Below, one piece after another: positions 20,275 to 36,316 of a DNA stretch of 64,000 nt. The notes under the pieces were generated by a model. The model was given only the letters and a program-made list of their open reading frames with translations. It was not told the DNA's origin and made no database searches. Numbering within the stretch: the stretch's first letter is position 1; each line of letters begins with the position of its first letter. Origin of the DNA: the human T2T-CHM13v2.0 reference genome, Homo sapiens; NCBI RefSeq assembly GCF_009914755.1, contig NC_060925.1, one strand, 5' to 3'. The position numbers and the translations under genes were made by a program.

Positions 20275-21048
20275 CTTTAAAGAACAATAATAAAAAATAT
20301 CTCAGGCAAAAACCGTAGCAAAAAAGTACAAAAGTCCCTTTCTTTAACCAATGTACAAGAAATTACTCACTAATAGAAAAGTTGCCCTATTAAAGCTTCT
20401 CCACTTCATTCAGGTTAACTAAAAATAAATATCACTAGTCAAACTTCTTAAGAGTATTATCTAAAATGGGCTTCTGGGAACCCAAGATTTCCAATAAACC
20501 ATGGAGACAGCCATGACTCAAGCGGCTAGAGGACAGAAGTTTCTCTTTATTTTTATTCCAGTAGCCATTGTCTATTATCGCCACCAACTTTTTTCTTTTT
20601 TTTTTTTTTTTTTTTTTTTTTGAGACAGAGTCTCACTCTGTCAAGGTTCACTGCAGCCTTGACCTCCCTGGGCTAGATGATCCTCCTAGCTCAGCCTTCT
20701 GAGTAGCTGGGACTACAGGCGCATGCTACCACACCCAGCTAATGTTTTAAACTTTTTGGAGAGACCGGTTTCCCTACATTGCCCCTGGCTGGTCTTGAAC
20801 TCCTGGGCTCAAGTAATCTGCCCGCCTTGGCCTCCTAAAGAGCTGGGATTACGGGCATGAGCCACCATGCTCAGCCCTGACTTATTTCTTAAAGTAAAAT
20901 TAAAGAGGGCCAAGACTCACTGTGGCTTTGATTCACTAATCTCTGATCTCTCCCAGTTCCCTTATAGGGACATAATCAACTTTATAGGCAACACATCACT
21001 TGGGGTACACTGTCGGAAAAAAAAAATAAAACTAATTCTGCCTTTTAC

Positions 21049-21196
21049 CAGTTCTGCTTCCAGTGCTTTTATTTTGCTTTCATATGCAGCTTTTTGAGAA
21101 GAAAGCTCTTGCTGAGCCATTTCTTTTGCAATCTGGATTCCTTGCATCATTTCTTCCTTTGCCTTCAACTGAGCCTCTTTTATTTCTGCTTCAAGT
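21049..21196 (-). CDS. KIF14: KIF14 exon 17 (148 nt; coiled coil)
   Basis: ATTGTAG|ACT...CTG|GTAAAA; LEAEIKEAQLKAKEEMMQG. Confidence 0.94.
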
Positions 21197-23003
21197 CTAC
21201 AATGTAGCAAGATGTTTATAGGGTACATGTTAAGAATTCTTTATACATCATAATAGTTCTTAATCCTACTGAAAAGTTTTCCATTGAATGAAAGTTTCAA
21301 TCTTAAAACTTGATTTCTGACATTCTATCAACAGTGTTTTTAAAATTTTCACTGGCTCTACAATTGTTTACACTCAAAATTTAAACACGCAGGACGAAAA
21401 ATTGCTTATTTCTAACTTAGTTACTATTGCAGATGCCTGACATTTAAATAAAATCAGTGCTTTAGTAACTACATTATACAGAAATTTCCATTCCCAATTT
21501 TACTGAAAAAAAGAATAAGAGTATAAAAAAGAAGGTTAGTGGATATCACAGCTAGGGAGAGAGGAGAATGGCTATTGTTTAACAAATACAGAGTTTCAGT
21601 TTGGAATAATAAAACATTTCTGGAGATGGATGATGGTGATGGTTGCACAACAACGTGAAGGCACTAGGGTGGGCACAGTGACTCACGCCTGTAATCCCAG
21701 CACTTTGGGAGGCCAAGGCAGGTGGACTGCTTGAGCTCAGGAGTTCGAGACCAGCCTGGGCAACATGGTGAAACCCCATCTCTACAAAAAAATTCAAAAA
21801 TTAGCCAGGCGTGGTGGTGTGCGCCTATAGTCTCACATGCTCGGGAGGCTAAGGTGGGAGGATGGCTTGAGGCCAGGAGGTGGAAGTTGTAATGAACCCA
21901 GATCATGCCAACTGTACTCCAGCCTAGACGACAGAGCCAGACTCCATCTCAAAAAAAAACCAAAAAACAAACAAAAAAAAAACCACAAAACAATGTGAAG
22001 GTACTTAATGCCTTTGGACTATACAATTAAAAATGGCTAACATGGTAAATTTTGTGCTATTTATATTGTATTCAATTAAAAAAATTCTTTTTAAAGGGCA
22101 AAAGCAGGTTGAGGCTTCTTAAAAGGTGACAAAGCAGTTAGTCTAGCCTATAACCAGTTCTTGATTCCTCCTCCTTTCATCCTCTTTAGTCACCAGGCCT
22201 TGTCAATCTTATCTCCTTTATGTTTCCTTCCTACCTAATCACACTATATTTACCTTACTTCAATAGTCTCTTAGCTGCATTTGCAGGTTTTAAGCTTGCT
22301 CTATCTCTAATACATTCTCCAGATTTGAGTGCCAGTGATCTCTCTAAAAATGTAATTCTGATTATGAGTGTCTCACGTCTGCTCAAAATTCTTTAATGTT
22401 TCCCTTATCCTTTAAGATAAAGTCCAAACTCTTTAGCATTTTATTTGTATATACTTTACCATTTAGCTTACAAGGATACTACTTATGCCAGAAATCCTAC
22501 GATACTGCATGAACTAAAACTGGGGCACAAGAAGAAAAGAAAAACAAAAGTACACTCTCCCAGTCTTCCTCTGGCTAAATTCTAATCGTCTATTGGGATT
22601 CTCCTCTATGGGACGTCTTCTCATCTTCTAGAAACCTTCCCTGATAACTGGTCAGGGCCAGGTGTCACCCCGTGAGCTTCCACACCACACAGTTCGGGAC
22701 TCTTGTCAGAGAACTGTGTCATAGCACTGTTATAACTGTCAGCCCCTCGAGATGATGAATTCTTTCAGCACATGAGCTAAATTTCAATCCTTATTCTTTA
22801 TATCTCCAGCATTTGGTACAGTGACAGACACATAATAGATGGTCAATATATATTTGGTGAACTAATGAATGTACTAAGAGAAAAAATTATATCACTAGAA
22901 ACCAGCACCCAAAGAGTTAATTACTAGAGACTGGCACAATGTGATTAACTCTGTTGTAGATCTCTCTCATACACTTACTATTTCATATCAACAGCATACT
23001 TAC

Positions 23004-23164
23004 TGTGATCTCTGTGCCATGAGCAACTCATTTTTTGCAAATTCAAAGTCTTTTGGACCCTCACTTATAGGAGTATCTCTTCCAGATGGCCTTTTTCCTT
23101 TCTGGACTTCTACTGGATGATTAAATCTAAAATAATGATCTCCACCAAGAATCACTCGATCACC
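23004..23164 (-). CDS. KIF14: KIF14 exon 16 (161 nt; end of FHA)
   Basis: CTTTAG|GGT...ACA|GTAAGT; GDRVILGGDHYFRFNHP. Confidence 0.95.
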
Positions 23165-23222
23165 CTAAAGCACACAAAAAAATGTACTACTTGAGGTGAG
23201 TCTCAACCAAAAAATTAAATGA

Positions 23223-23947
<725 letters not shown>

Positions 23948-24590
23948 ATGTTATCTCATTTACGATTCACAACAACTCAGTGAGATACATATAATCATCC
24001 CAATTTTAGGAATGAGGAAACTAAACAGCACAAAGCTTAATAATAACAAGAGACATTCATTGAGAGCTTACTATTTGCAGATACTATTCTAAGAACTATA
24101 TACACAAATTATTATTTCAGTTAATCCTTCACTATCTCTGAAAGGCAGGATATATAGAGTCACAATAGGTCTGGGTTTGCCTGTAACACACTGCTGATGT
24201 TTGTTCTCTTGATGTAATTATTAATAATGATCTCAAAAGTGTCCTGACTTGGGTGACATTGTTTAATCATCTAGTTAAATAACTTGCCAAACGTCACAGA
24301 GCAAATGGCAAAGCCAGGATTTCAACCCTGTCTGTCTGATTCTAAAGCCTAGCTCTTTATAGGACACATAATGATGCTATTAGTGGTCAGCTCTTCAGGT
24401 ACTGATTCATATAAATGTAACTTTTGTCTTTGCACAAGAAAGCAATTAATAGGAAAAAGAATTTTTGAAATGAAAAAGTCCTTAATCTGCTTCAACACCC
24501 TTATCTTATAGAGAAAACCAGAACTCAAAGAAATTAAATGACTTATCCAAAGTCGAACAGTTTCTTATATTATAGCACCCATCCACTTAC

Positions 24591-24693
24591 ATGACGTAAT
24601 ACTGTGATTTCCAAAATATGTTTTCCATTTACATATGTCTTTGCTTCCCCAACTGGGATAATACTCACTGTCCCACCAAAATTTTTGATAGTA
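24591..24693 (-). CDS. KIF14: KIF14 exon 15 (103 nt; FHA)
   Basis: TTAACAG|TAC...CAT|GTAAGT; TYVNGKHILEITVLRH. Confidence 0.94.
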
Positions 24694-24852
24694 CTGTTAA
24701 AATAAGAAGCACATAGTTAACAATTATAGAACACACTAAAAAGTAAGAAAAAGGCAATATGGGATAATTCTGCTTGGGCTATTCCTTTGGTGTTAAGATT
24801 CATACCAATATGTAACAATAATTTAAAATTATTTTATTTTCCTCCAACTAGT

Positions 24853-25160
24853 TTTTTTTTTTTTTTTTTTTTTTTGAGACGGAGTCTTGCTCTGTCGCCC
24901 AGGCTGGAGTGTAGTGATACAATCTCAGCTCACTGCAAGCTCCACCTCCTGGGTTCAAGCAATTCTCCTGCCTCAGCTGCCTGAGTAGCTAGGATTACAG
25001 GCACCCACCACCATGCCCTGCCCAGCTAATGTTTGCATTTTAGTAGAGATGGGGTTTTGCCATGTTCGCCAGGCTGGTCTCTAATTCCTGACCTCAAGTG
25101 ATCCACCTGCCTCGGCCTCCCAAAATGCTGGGATTACAGGCATGAGCCACTGCATCGAGC
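24853..25160 (-). mobile_element. Alu
   Basis: Alu consensus. Confidence 0.9.
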
Positions 25161-26590
25161 CTCCAATTAGATTTTGAAGTTTGGTGAAAAAAGCCTGGCC
25201 TCTAGCAATCCGATCCACCTGTGGTGGGAACATTCTTCATTGGGTGTATTTTTATTATAACTTCTTTGAAAACAAAAACCTTCCCCCAAAAATTCAAAAA
25301 AAAAAAAAAAAAAAAACTAGCAAAAAACATTAACATACTGCCAGTGATTTCTTATGAATAAAACAGTTTTAAGTGTTTTTTTAATTTTCTAAGCTTCTGG
25401 TTTTACATATGAGCTTTAATAACAGAAAGAACAAATATTTCTCCCCTTTTGAAAAGTAGGGTACTACAGAGGAAGGAAAAACATGGAGATCAAAGTGTAC
25501 ACCTTAAGACATCTAATTTACTGGATGATAAGGTGATACTGTGGAAAATCAGCTATAAGTGCTACATATTTGAGTCTTTTTATTCAGAGAATAGGAAAGA
25601 AACTCCAAAGTCCAATTCATCTTTGGATTAACGGGATAGAAAGAAAAACTGCAACAAAAGCTGAGTCCTAACCAAAGATCTTTTTAGCTGTGGATTAGGC
25701 TCCAAGATCTGTGATTAGAGAATAATAGTTTAATTAAAGCATCTAGAGAAAAGTACATGGAAACAATAGTTCACCCTTAGGCACTACATCCCTCCTACCA
25801 GTCTAGTGTCTTATCCAGGTGAAGGTTTATACAATGTGTACTTGTTCTGATCCCTTTCCTCTCCTAATTCTATCTACTCTGCTCTCAAAATTCCATGGCC
25901 TACCATTCTGGACTCCCCACAATCTGGCTTCAACCACCAACCTCCCTCATCTGCCACTATTTTCCCATAAGAACCCCATTTCACACTTAATCAACCATAT
26001 GAATACTCTGAATTTGCCTTAATGTCAGCTTTCCTCCTTTCCTTGAGTCATTCCTTCCAGATAGGACATCCTCTCCCTTCTTGCAACCATTCTTGAAGGC
26101 CCAATTTAGAGTCCTCTAAGAAGCTGTTCTTTAGGGTTTAAGTTAGAAGTCAACTCTTCCTTCTCTTCACTTCTAAGCAGTAAGTATGCAGTACTCATAT
26201 AACACTTAATATGCATTAATAGATACTGAAGTTCTTTTTTTCTCTTTCACATGACCAGCCTCAGCCATGAAGTTCTTTTATTCATTAAGCCTCCAAGAGC
26301 CAGTTATGTGTCAGCAATGAAGACAGACATGAAATCAGCTTTCATAAAGTTCATGGTCTAGTGAACAAGATAAACTGAGGAAGGTACGAAAAATGGAAGT
26401 AGAGAGTTAGAGGCAAGCAAGAGGCTTCCAAGTTCCTTACTGGACTCTTAACTCTTTGGGAGCATGTTCTGTATCTTTGCCACAGATGTTAATAATACTG
26501 TATTTATTTGTTAAAGAAAATAATTAATTAATAAAAGAGCAAAAGAACCTAAAGAACAAAAGGATATGCCCTAACAGATATAAAGATTCA

Positions 26591-28104
<1,514 letters not shown>

Positions 28105-29162
28105 AGAACATTCTTTCTTTAAGACATAAAAACTGACAATCATAAAGGAAAAGACTGATGCCAGGTACTACAATAAAATTAAGAACTTCAATCAATCAAA
28201 GGCACCAGAGAGAGTAAAAAGATGTTACACGTTAGAAAAAAAGATATTTATACCAAAAAGCTCACAAAGGATTGGCAACTCCTACAAATTATTAAGAAAT
28301 AAGCAAATCAGTTGAAAAATCAACAAAAGATATGAAGAGGCAAGTTACAATAGTAAACAAAAATGGCCAATCAACACATGAAAAGATGTTCAACCTTATT
28401 ATTAATCAAAGAAATGTAAAATGAATCCATAATGATATACTATTTAATGTTCATCAGATTGGCATAAAGTCTGACAGTACTAAGTATTGGCAACGATGTG
28501 GAGTAACAGGTATTCTCAAGGCCAATGGGAGTAAAAATTCATTTTGGAAAATAATTTGAAATTAGCTACTAAAGTTGAATATGCACATATTCTACAACCT
28601 AGTATCTCTACTCTCAGACATACAATTTAAAAGCACTTCCTAAACTTTATAAGAGATAAACTCATACAATGGAATACTTCATAGCAGTGAAAATAAAACA
28701 GGAACCAATGTACACAAATCTTGGAAACACAATGCAGAGTCAAAAAAGTTTACATACGCTATCATTCCAACAATATATACAAGTATTCCATTCATATGAA
28801 CAAAATTCACATAAAGTAACATTTTTAAATTGGTCAATCCAACCAAAAATTCTGTTATGTAAGATAGATAGTTTACTTGCATGTGCATCATTATAATTGC
28901 AAGAAAATAAATTATTCTTCAATCAACAGATCAAGTATGCCAAAACAAAAACAGAGAGAGCATTACACTGTACTTTATATTGAGAGTAACTGACCTATCA
29001 TCCTTATAACACACTCAGAATGTATGTTTTTCCTGACTAAACAATGGGTTTGAAGAATTCTACCAAACGATCAGTATCAACGAATATGCCATATGAAGGA
29101 AACCACATGTTATCAAGATATAGAACAGGTGCCTTTTCTTTTTTTTTAGAGGATTAACATAC

Positions 29163-29347
29163 CAATGATCATCAGCAATCAGCACCCCAGATAACTGAAT
29201 ATCATGGCTTGAGTTTGGTTTATACTTTCCAACTGTAGTTGTTCCTTCTTTTATCATATATAGCAGCATCTCAGATAGTTGTGGATCTTCATTCAGATTA
29301 ACAAGGTTTGGTAAATGATTGTCCATTTGAAACATAATTCCTGCTTT
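29163..29347 (-). CDS. KIF14: KIF14 exon 14 (185 nt; start of FHA region)
   Basis: CTACCAG|AAA...CATTG|GTATG; PNLVNLNEDPQLSEMLLY, a kinesin-3 pre-FHA motif. Confidence 0.95.
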
Positions 29348-29451
29348 CTGGTAGAAGTCAGAAAAAGAAATTAATCTTAATCACAGTATGAAATTGTTAA
29401 ATTCACCTAAAACAAATGGTCTATATTAAACATTAAAACAATTCTATATGA

Positions 29452-29785
<334 letters not shown>

Positions 29786-30975
29786 TAAAGGTTTTTTAGA
29801 CTCTCTCCTCCTTCCTTAGAATCTCTCCTTTGTGACCTCCCTACCTTCTTTGTCCTTCACCATCCTCAGTCTACTCATACATCAATCTATCATCACCAAA
29901 TTGTGTCTTCTTATTGACTGACCGTCTTTAGAATAGATCAGTTTGTTTTGTTGCATCTTCATTGCCTTCACCACAGGCCCCTGTCAACTCACACCAAAAC
30001 TACTGAAGCAGCCTCTTGATCACCGTCAACAGCTTCTGTTTTCAATCCATCTTATATCCTATGCCAGGTTAATTCTCTCGAAAGGGTGCTCTCAAAATGT
30101 AAATTCCCTGGTCACTTTTTAACAGCTTCTCACTTCCTACAGGATAAAACTTAATTTCCTTGGCCTGGAAATCAAGTCCTTCATAAACTAATCATAACAT
30201 ATCTTTCCAATTGTATCTCCTTATGATCTCATATAAACTGCTTCCAGTAAAACTGATCTACGTACCCTTTCTAAAGACAACTCAAACTTTTCTACCTTTA
30301 CTTTCAGAGAATTTTCTCTTCCAAGAATGTGCTCTTCCTTTTCTCTTCCTATTAAAATCTTACCCAAACTTCAAAGCCCATCTCAAATGCCACCTCTTTT
30401 ATGAGATTGGATTGGCCATGCGCAAGGAATTTTCCCTTCTTCTCCTGAATTCTTATAGTACTCCCCCACTACCAATCACTTGAAATACTTTTCATTACAT
30501 TAGGTTCAACCATATGAAACTGCCAGTGTTCAACCATGCTTTACCTACAAAAATGGCAATTGCTTATGGCTCAATCTACTGAAATCACATTGCATTTCAG
30601 TCTTCTATTTACGTTTTGTAAATCTCTCTCTGGATCACAAGCTCTCTGAGGGATGAAACTGTGTTTAATCACCTTGGCTTCCCCTGTTCCTGAAAAGCAT
30701 AGACATTTAATATATATTTGTAGAACCAAAGTAAATATAACAAGATGGTTTATTCATACTTTAACTTTCCAACTAGTTTATGGGCTGGCTCTAAGCAACC
30801 AGTCTTGATCTTAACATTTCTTTATATTAATTTTCCTTACGGTATTGCTTTGTACAGAGTCAGTATATAGTAAGTATTTGAAACATTAAATTTACATGCA
30901 TTGGCATATTGGCAATATTTATTTCTTGGCATATTTCTTTTATTTTCTAATCAGTTTAGAAAGTTGAAATAATAC

Positions 30976-31039
30976 CTGTAACTCTTTTGTTTCTTGAAGT
31001 TTTCTTTTTTCAGCTTGTTCAAACTTTTCTTTCCACACT
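30976..31039 (-). CDS. KIF14: KIF14 exon 13 (64 nt)
   Basis: GGAAAG|AGTG...CAG|GTATT; VWKEKFEQAEKRKLQETKELQ. Confidence 0.92.
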
Positions 31040-31281
31040 CTTTCCAAAGACAAAGAAAATAACAGAGTTAAAAACATCCAGATGTATAAGATTGAGAGTC
31101 AAGAGACAATCAATGAAAATTAGGCAACTACCTAGTAATATTTAAAATATGATAATCTGGGAGTGGGCTGCTCTATTCATAAGGAAGGTAGGAAAAATAC
31201 TCAGTATCCTCTTGAGGTCCCTGCCATTCCTATGATTCCAGAGCAACACACTTAACATTTAGAGTACTGACTGTACTCTAC

Positions 31282-31429
31282 CTTTGCATTTCTGCCATGT
31301 CTCTCTCCTGTTGATGCAGTTTCATTCTTAAGGATGTTATTTCTTGCCGACAGAGCCTGTATCGTTCAGGGTCAATATTCCGACTGTTTCTCTGAGCAGC
31401 TTTTAGCTTTGCAATTTCTGCCTTCAATT
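31282..31429 (-). CDS. KIF14: KIF14 exon 12 (148 nt; coiled coil)
   Basis: CTTCAG|AATT...AAAG|GTAGAG; ELKAEIAKLKAAQRN. Confidence 0.94.
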
Positions 31430-31817
31430 CTGAAGATTTATACAAAGATGCATTAATAATAACATTTAATATATAACAATTTCCACAGTAAGCATAATCC
31501 TCCAATCTTCTATTTCATTTGAAGTTTTAAATACAGTATTACTAAATAAAATAGAATATTGGAGAAATCAGCTCTACTTTATATAACCTATAAATCTTTA
31601 CTTAGTCTTAACCTGAAATATGCTCCCATATTAATGAACTTTCCCTGTTCATAAGTAGGAAAGCTGTATAATGTACTGACCAAAGTGGAACACTTTTGAG
31701 AGGCAAAAGGGTAATTGTTAAAGTGAAAGTTTATTTAAAAAGTAAAGAAATAAAAGAATGGCTATTCACTAGGCAGAACAGCCAAGATCAAAGATTTTTC
31801 AAGCTGGAATTCAGAAT

Positions 31818-32184
<367 letters not shown>

Positions 32185-32821
32185 TAGACAAATCAGATTC
32201 TTCTCTGGCTCATACATCTGAAGTGTCTATCACCTTCTGCTGCTAAAAAGGGCCAGAGGACAAAGGGGCATGAAAAGATGATAGTTCTACATCAGCAAAG
32301 ATAAAACTGTACAAATCAAGATTTCTTGCAGGCATTAAAGTCTATCCTAAATTGATGATTACCTAGAGATAAATAGAAAGCAGTATTTAGCATAAATGAA
32401 GTTCAGCCTATACTAGAAACTCGAGCTCCAATTGCCTTTGGATCAATGAACTAAGCACGAGCAGAGCTAGTACATAAAACGTCAATGGAAGAGAGGTCAT
32501 AAGAGAAAAATAGTAAATAGTTTTATTGGCATTTTGCTGCACACGTCTATGACTGTGTAAATTTATTGTTTAATGCTTACTGTTTCCCCCTTACTCACAC
32601 TCTGTTTTCTATGTTCTTTTCCTAATTGTTTTTCTCCTTATTACTTATTATCTGTCCTTCTACCTATCATCCTCCATCACTATAGGCTGATGACTAGAAT
32701 CTATTAAAATAGGTATAGAAAAACACCTTTGATGTTCATAAATTACATATTTTAAGACTGCAACTAATATCTGGGACTAAACTGTGGCAAAACAATTTTT
32801 AAATTCTGAGAAAATATTCAC

Positions 32822-32994
32822 CTCTAATTAACTTAGCGTTCATATCTTCATTTACTTTAGCAATGTTGACTATTAAACGGGCTTGGTTAGCATATCTAAG
32901 TGTGCTTAATGTTTCTTCTATGTTGCTGGCAGCGGGACTAATCGTAGCAATCATTGCAGTTTTTGAATTTCCACCCAGACTTTCTTTTAACAGC
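32822..32994 (-). CDS. KIF14: KIF14 exon 11 (173 nt; end of motor domain)
   Basis: TTGTAG|GCTG...AGAG|GTGAAT; [20 protein letters not shown]...ETLSTLRYA. Confidence 0.95.
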
Positions 32995-34151
32995 CTACAA
33001 GAAAAAAAGTCATAAGACTTTGCTTCTACAACAACTTAATAACAGTAATTATCTAGAAAGCACAAAACAAACTAATAGGGTATATAATACAGTATTATTA
33101 TACTCTACTCAAATACCATTTAAAACTTTTCTGGTATTTGTAACTATTTCTAGATCTCATAAACACTTTTTCTCTCTTACACTTTTTATATTGTTTCAAG
33201 AGGCAATAATCTGTGCAGAGATTCTAAAATGTGGTGGATCATCAAGTATTTCATGACTGTGAGCTACCATAGGGAAGGGACTATGTGTCTTGGTCATCTT
33301 TGTATTTCCAGTGCTACCACAACCTTTTGAAGCAGGTGCTCAATAAATGTTGAAAATGATGAACATTGAAACAAAAATTCTATATTGTACTAAAAGCAAA
33401 ATCTTTATTTTAGAGAAAAAGAGTATGAGACTTAAAACATATATTAGTGCAGAATGAATGTCACTATTTTTAACTTTCATAAGACATGAAAAAAATCAGA
33501 TTTTCCCTTATAGGTTTCAAGGTGGCAATCACATTGTAATAAACCAATTATAAAGACACATTACCCTCAAGTAAAGATGCAGTCCTTATTGTAACTGTAT
33601 ATTAATGCCTATCACAACTGAATATTAAATCCATACAGATGTAATCTGAATGTAACATAATGAAAATTAAATATACATTCACTAATGAAAACATTTATTG
33701 AGCACCCATGTATTAGTCACTGTGTAGTAAGCAAACAAAATTATTCAACTTCTCTTTATACAACTAGCAATATGTTTGGTAGTACCATATATGTTCAAAC
33801 ATCAGCCACAAATAATAGTTAAGTACAAGAACAGTTATTTACACTCATATAGTACATATTATGTATTAAGAATTGTACACTAATAATCTAATTCTCACTT
33901 ACCCCTAAAAGGTATTGATTTTATTCCTATTTTACAGATGAGGAAACGGGCTAGAATATTAAGTAATTTGCCCAAAGTCACAGAGCTTATAAGATGCTGA
34001 GCTGAGATTCAAATCCAGGTAGTTTGGCTCTAGAATTCATAATGCTTACCACCTTTCTCCATCCCAAAGTTAATGAAGTCAGTCTATCATTCTTTTCCCC
34101 ATAGTATTCACTATATTTTATACAATTCTTTATACTTCAAAAGATACTTGC

Positions 34152-34267
34152 CATGTAAGAACAGATTCACGATAAGGAATAAAAACACTCCTTTGGTTTG
34201 CTTGTTCCGAAAGTGCAGATATAACTTTTCCCAAAGTTAGCAAGGACTTATTAATACTCACACCTTC
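34152..34267 (-). CDS. KIF14: KIF14 exon 10 (116 nt; ends at a GC donor)
   Basis: ATGCAG|GAA...ACATG|GCAAGT; [19 protein letters not shown]...[10 protein letters not shown]. Confidence 0.93.
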
Positions 34268-34764
34268 CTGCATGCAAGAAAAAAAAAATTTTTAACTTAA
34301 AATACTTCTCAGCAAGAAATTTATTTCACAAAATATATTTCTCCCCTCATATAATTACTGAGTAAATACTTTTTTACTTTCTTTTTTTTTGAGACAGAGT
34401 CTCACTCTGTTGCCCAGGCTGGAGTGCAGTGGCATAAACATGGCTCACTGTAGCCTCGACCATCCAGGCTCAAGCAATCCTCCCACCTGAACCAAGTAGC
34501 TGGGACTACAGACACATGCCACAATGCCTGTCTATAAATACTTTTTTCTATAAACTACCAACTTTCTTATGACTCAAACGTATTTTCTTTAAAAATTAAT
34601 CATAACCAAAAAGTACGTATCTCTTTTTCAACCACAGCAATGCAGTCTATAAACTGCAGATAAAGATATATTTGGGGAGGTTAAGTGTATTCAGTTTGTA
34701 TTCTCCTTAAAATAATGACCTCAGGAATAAATTTCATCAAAAGGAGAAAAAGCATTCCATTTAC

Positions 34765-34881
34765 CTTTAGTCGATCTCCATTAGTGTGAGCCGTAGAGCA
34801 GCGCTCACTGCCTGCCAGATCTATTAGGTTAATTCGACTTGTTATTCTGTGATCGTGTTCTTCCCCTTCCACAAATTCTGT
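34765..34881 (-). CDS. KIF14: KIF14 exon 9 (117 nt; switch II DLAGSE)
   Basis: GCTGTAG|ACA...AAG|GTAAAT; INLIDLAGSER. Confidence 0.96.
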
Positions 34882-34999
34882 CTACAGCAAAATGATATTA
34901 AATTAAATTAAGTTCTATTACTTCCAATCAATATAGGTTTTTTTAAAGGGAAAGCTGTAAAAGATTACACATCACTCTTTTATTTTTTAAATAGTCTCT

Positions 35000-35293
35000 T
35001 CTTTTTTTTTGAGACAGGGTCTCACTCTGTTGCCCAGGCTGGAGTACAGTGGCATGATCACGGCTCACTGCAGCCTTGATCTCCTGCGTTCAAGCAATTG
35101 TCCCACCTCAGGCTCCCAAGTAGCTGGGACTACAAGCACATGCTGCTACACCTGCTACTTTTTTTTATTTTTTAGTACAGACAAGGTCTCGCTATGTTGC
35201 TCAGACTAGTCTCAAACTCCTGAGCTCAAGTGATCCTCCTGCCTCGGCCTCCTAAAGTGCTGGGATTACAGGCGTGAGCCACTGCACCTGGCC
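35000..35293 (-). mobile_element. Alu (AluJ-like)
   Basis: Diverged Alu consensus. Confidence 0.85.
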
Positions 35294-36073
35294 TAAGATC
35301 ATCCCTTCATGAATCTGTGATAATTTATAACACAAAAATATTCACACGGTCTACTGAAAAGAATATATTGAGCAGTGGATAGATTATGCCAAAATTAAAT
35401 AAATTACTTCAAAGAGATTAAAATCCATAACCACTCAGTTATATTAAGGAAATAACAATAAATAAAGAAAAAGTTTAATGCACAAAGATGTTGCTTATCC
35501 CAGCATTATAATAGCAAAACATTTAAAAATAATATAAATGTCCAACAGTAGAGAAAAACTTGAGGAACTGTAATAGTTAATGGAATATTATATAGCTATT
35601 AAAAATTATTTTATAAAAATTTTAATAACATAAAATTGTTACAGATTTTAACAGTGTGATTTTAAGTGAATTTAATTGTGATGGTAAAAAAATTGAAAGA
35701 CTATATACCAAAATGTTTAGAGGGGTTTATCTGAATGGTGGAACCTATGGCTAAATTTTAAAAAATCTTTTACTTTCTGATGTTTTTCTAAATACTCTGC
35801 ATAATTACTATATATGAAAATATACTATCATATATTGATATGATCATATCAATGTTATCATGATAACAAGCATCTATTATTGATTTAAAAATCTGGTAAA
35901 CGGTATACTGCCATAAGTCATTTGGTCATTGACCAAAAGTCATTGAAACTAAGGCATATTTCCTACAATCAAATTAAGTTTATATATTTATATGACTGTA
36001 CTTTTACCTTTTGATTTAAAGAAGACAATAAGAAAAACATGAAACTTAAATGTATTTACTATCTTGCCTGTGG

Positions 36074-36259
36074 AAAAAAAATACCTTGGTCTGGGTGATC
36101 ACCAGGGTGAAAACTGAATGAGATCGGGAACTTTTTAAAAAAATACCTTGGTCTGGGTTATCACCAGGGTGAAAACTGAAAGAGATCGGGAACTTTTAAA
36201 AAAAATACCTTGGTCTGGGTCATCACCAGGGTGAAAACTGAATGAGATCGGGAACTTTT
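36074..36259. repeat. Three tandem copies of a 62-bp unit containing the 3' half of exon 8 and its donor
   Basis: TACCTTGGTCTGGGT starts at 36082, 36144 and 36206; copies differ at two substitution sites and in A/T run length. Confidence 0.97.
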
Positions 36260-36316
36260 ATCATTCATACCAGTAGCAGCAGTAGCTCTTTGTTTATTTC
36301 CCAATTCTAGCCAACT
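36209..36316 (-). CDS. KIF14: KIF14 exon 8 (108 nt; switch I NDKSSRSH)
   Basis: CTTATAAG|AGT...AAG|GTATTT; [36 protein letters not shown]. Confidence 0.95.
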
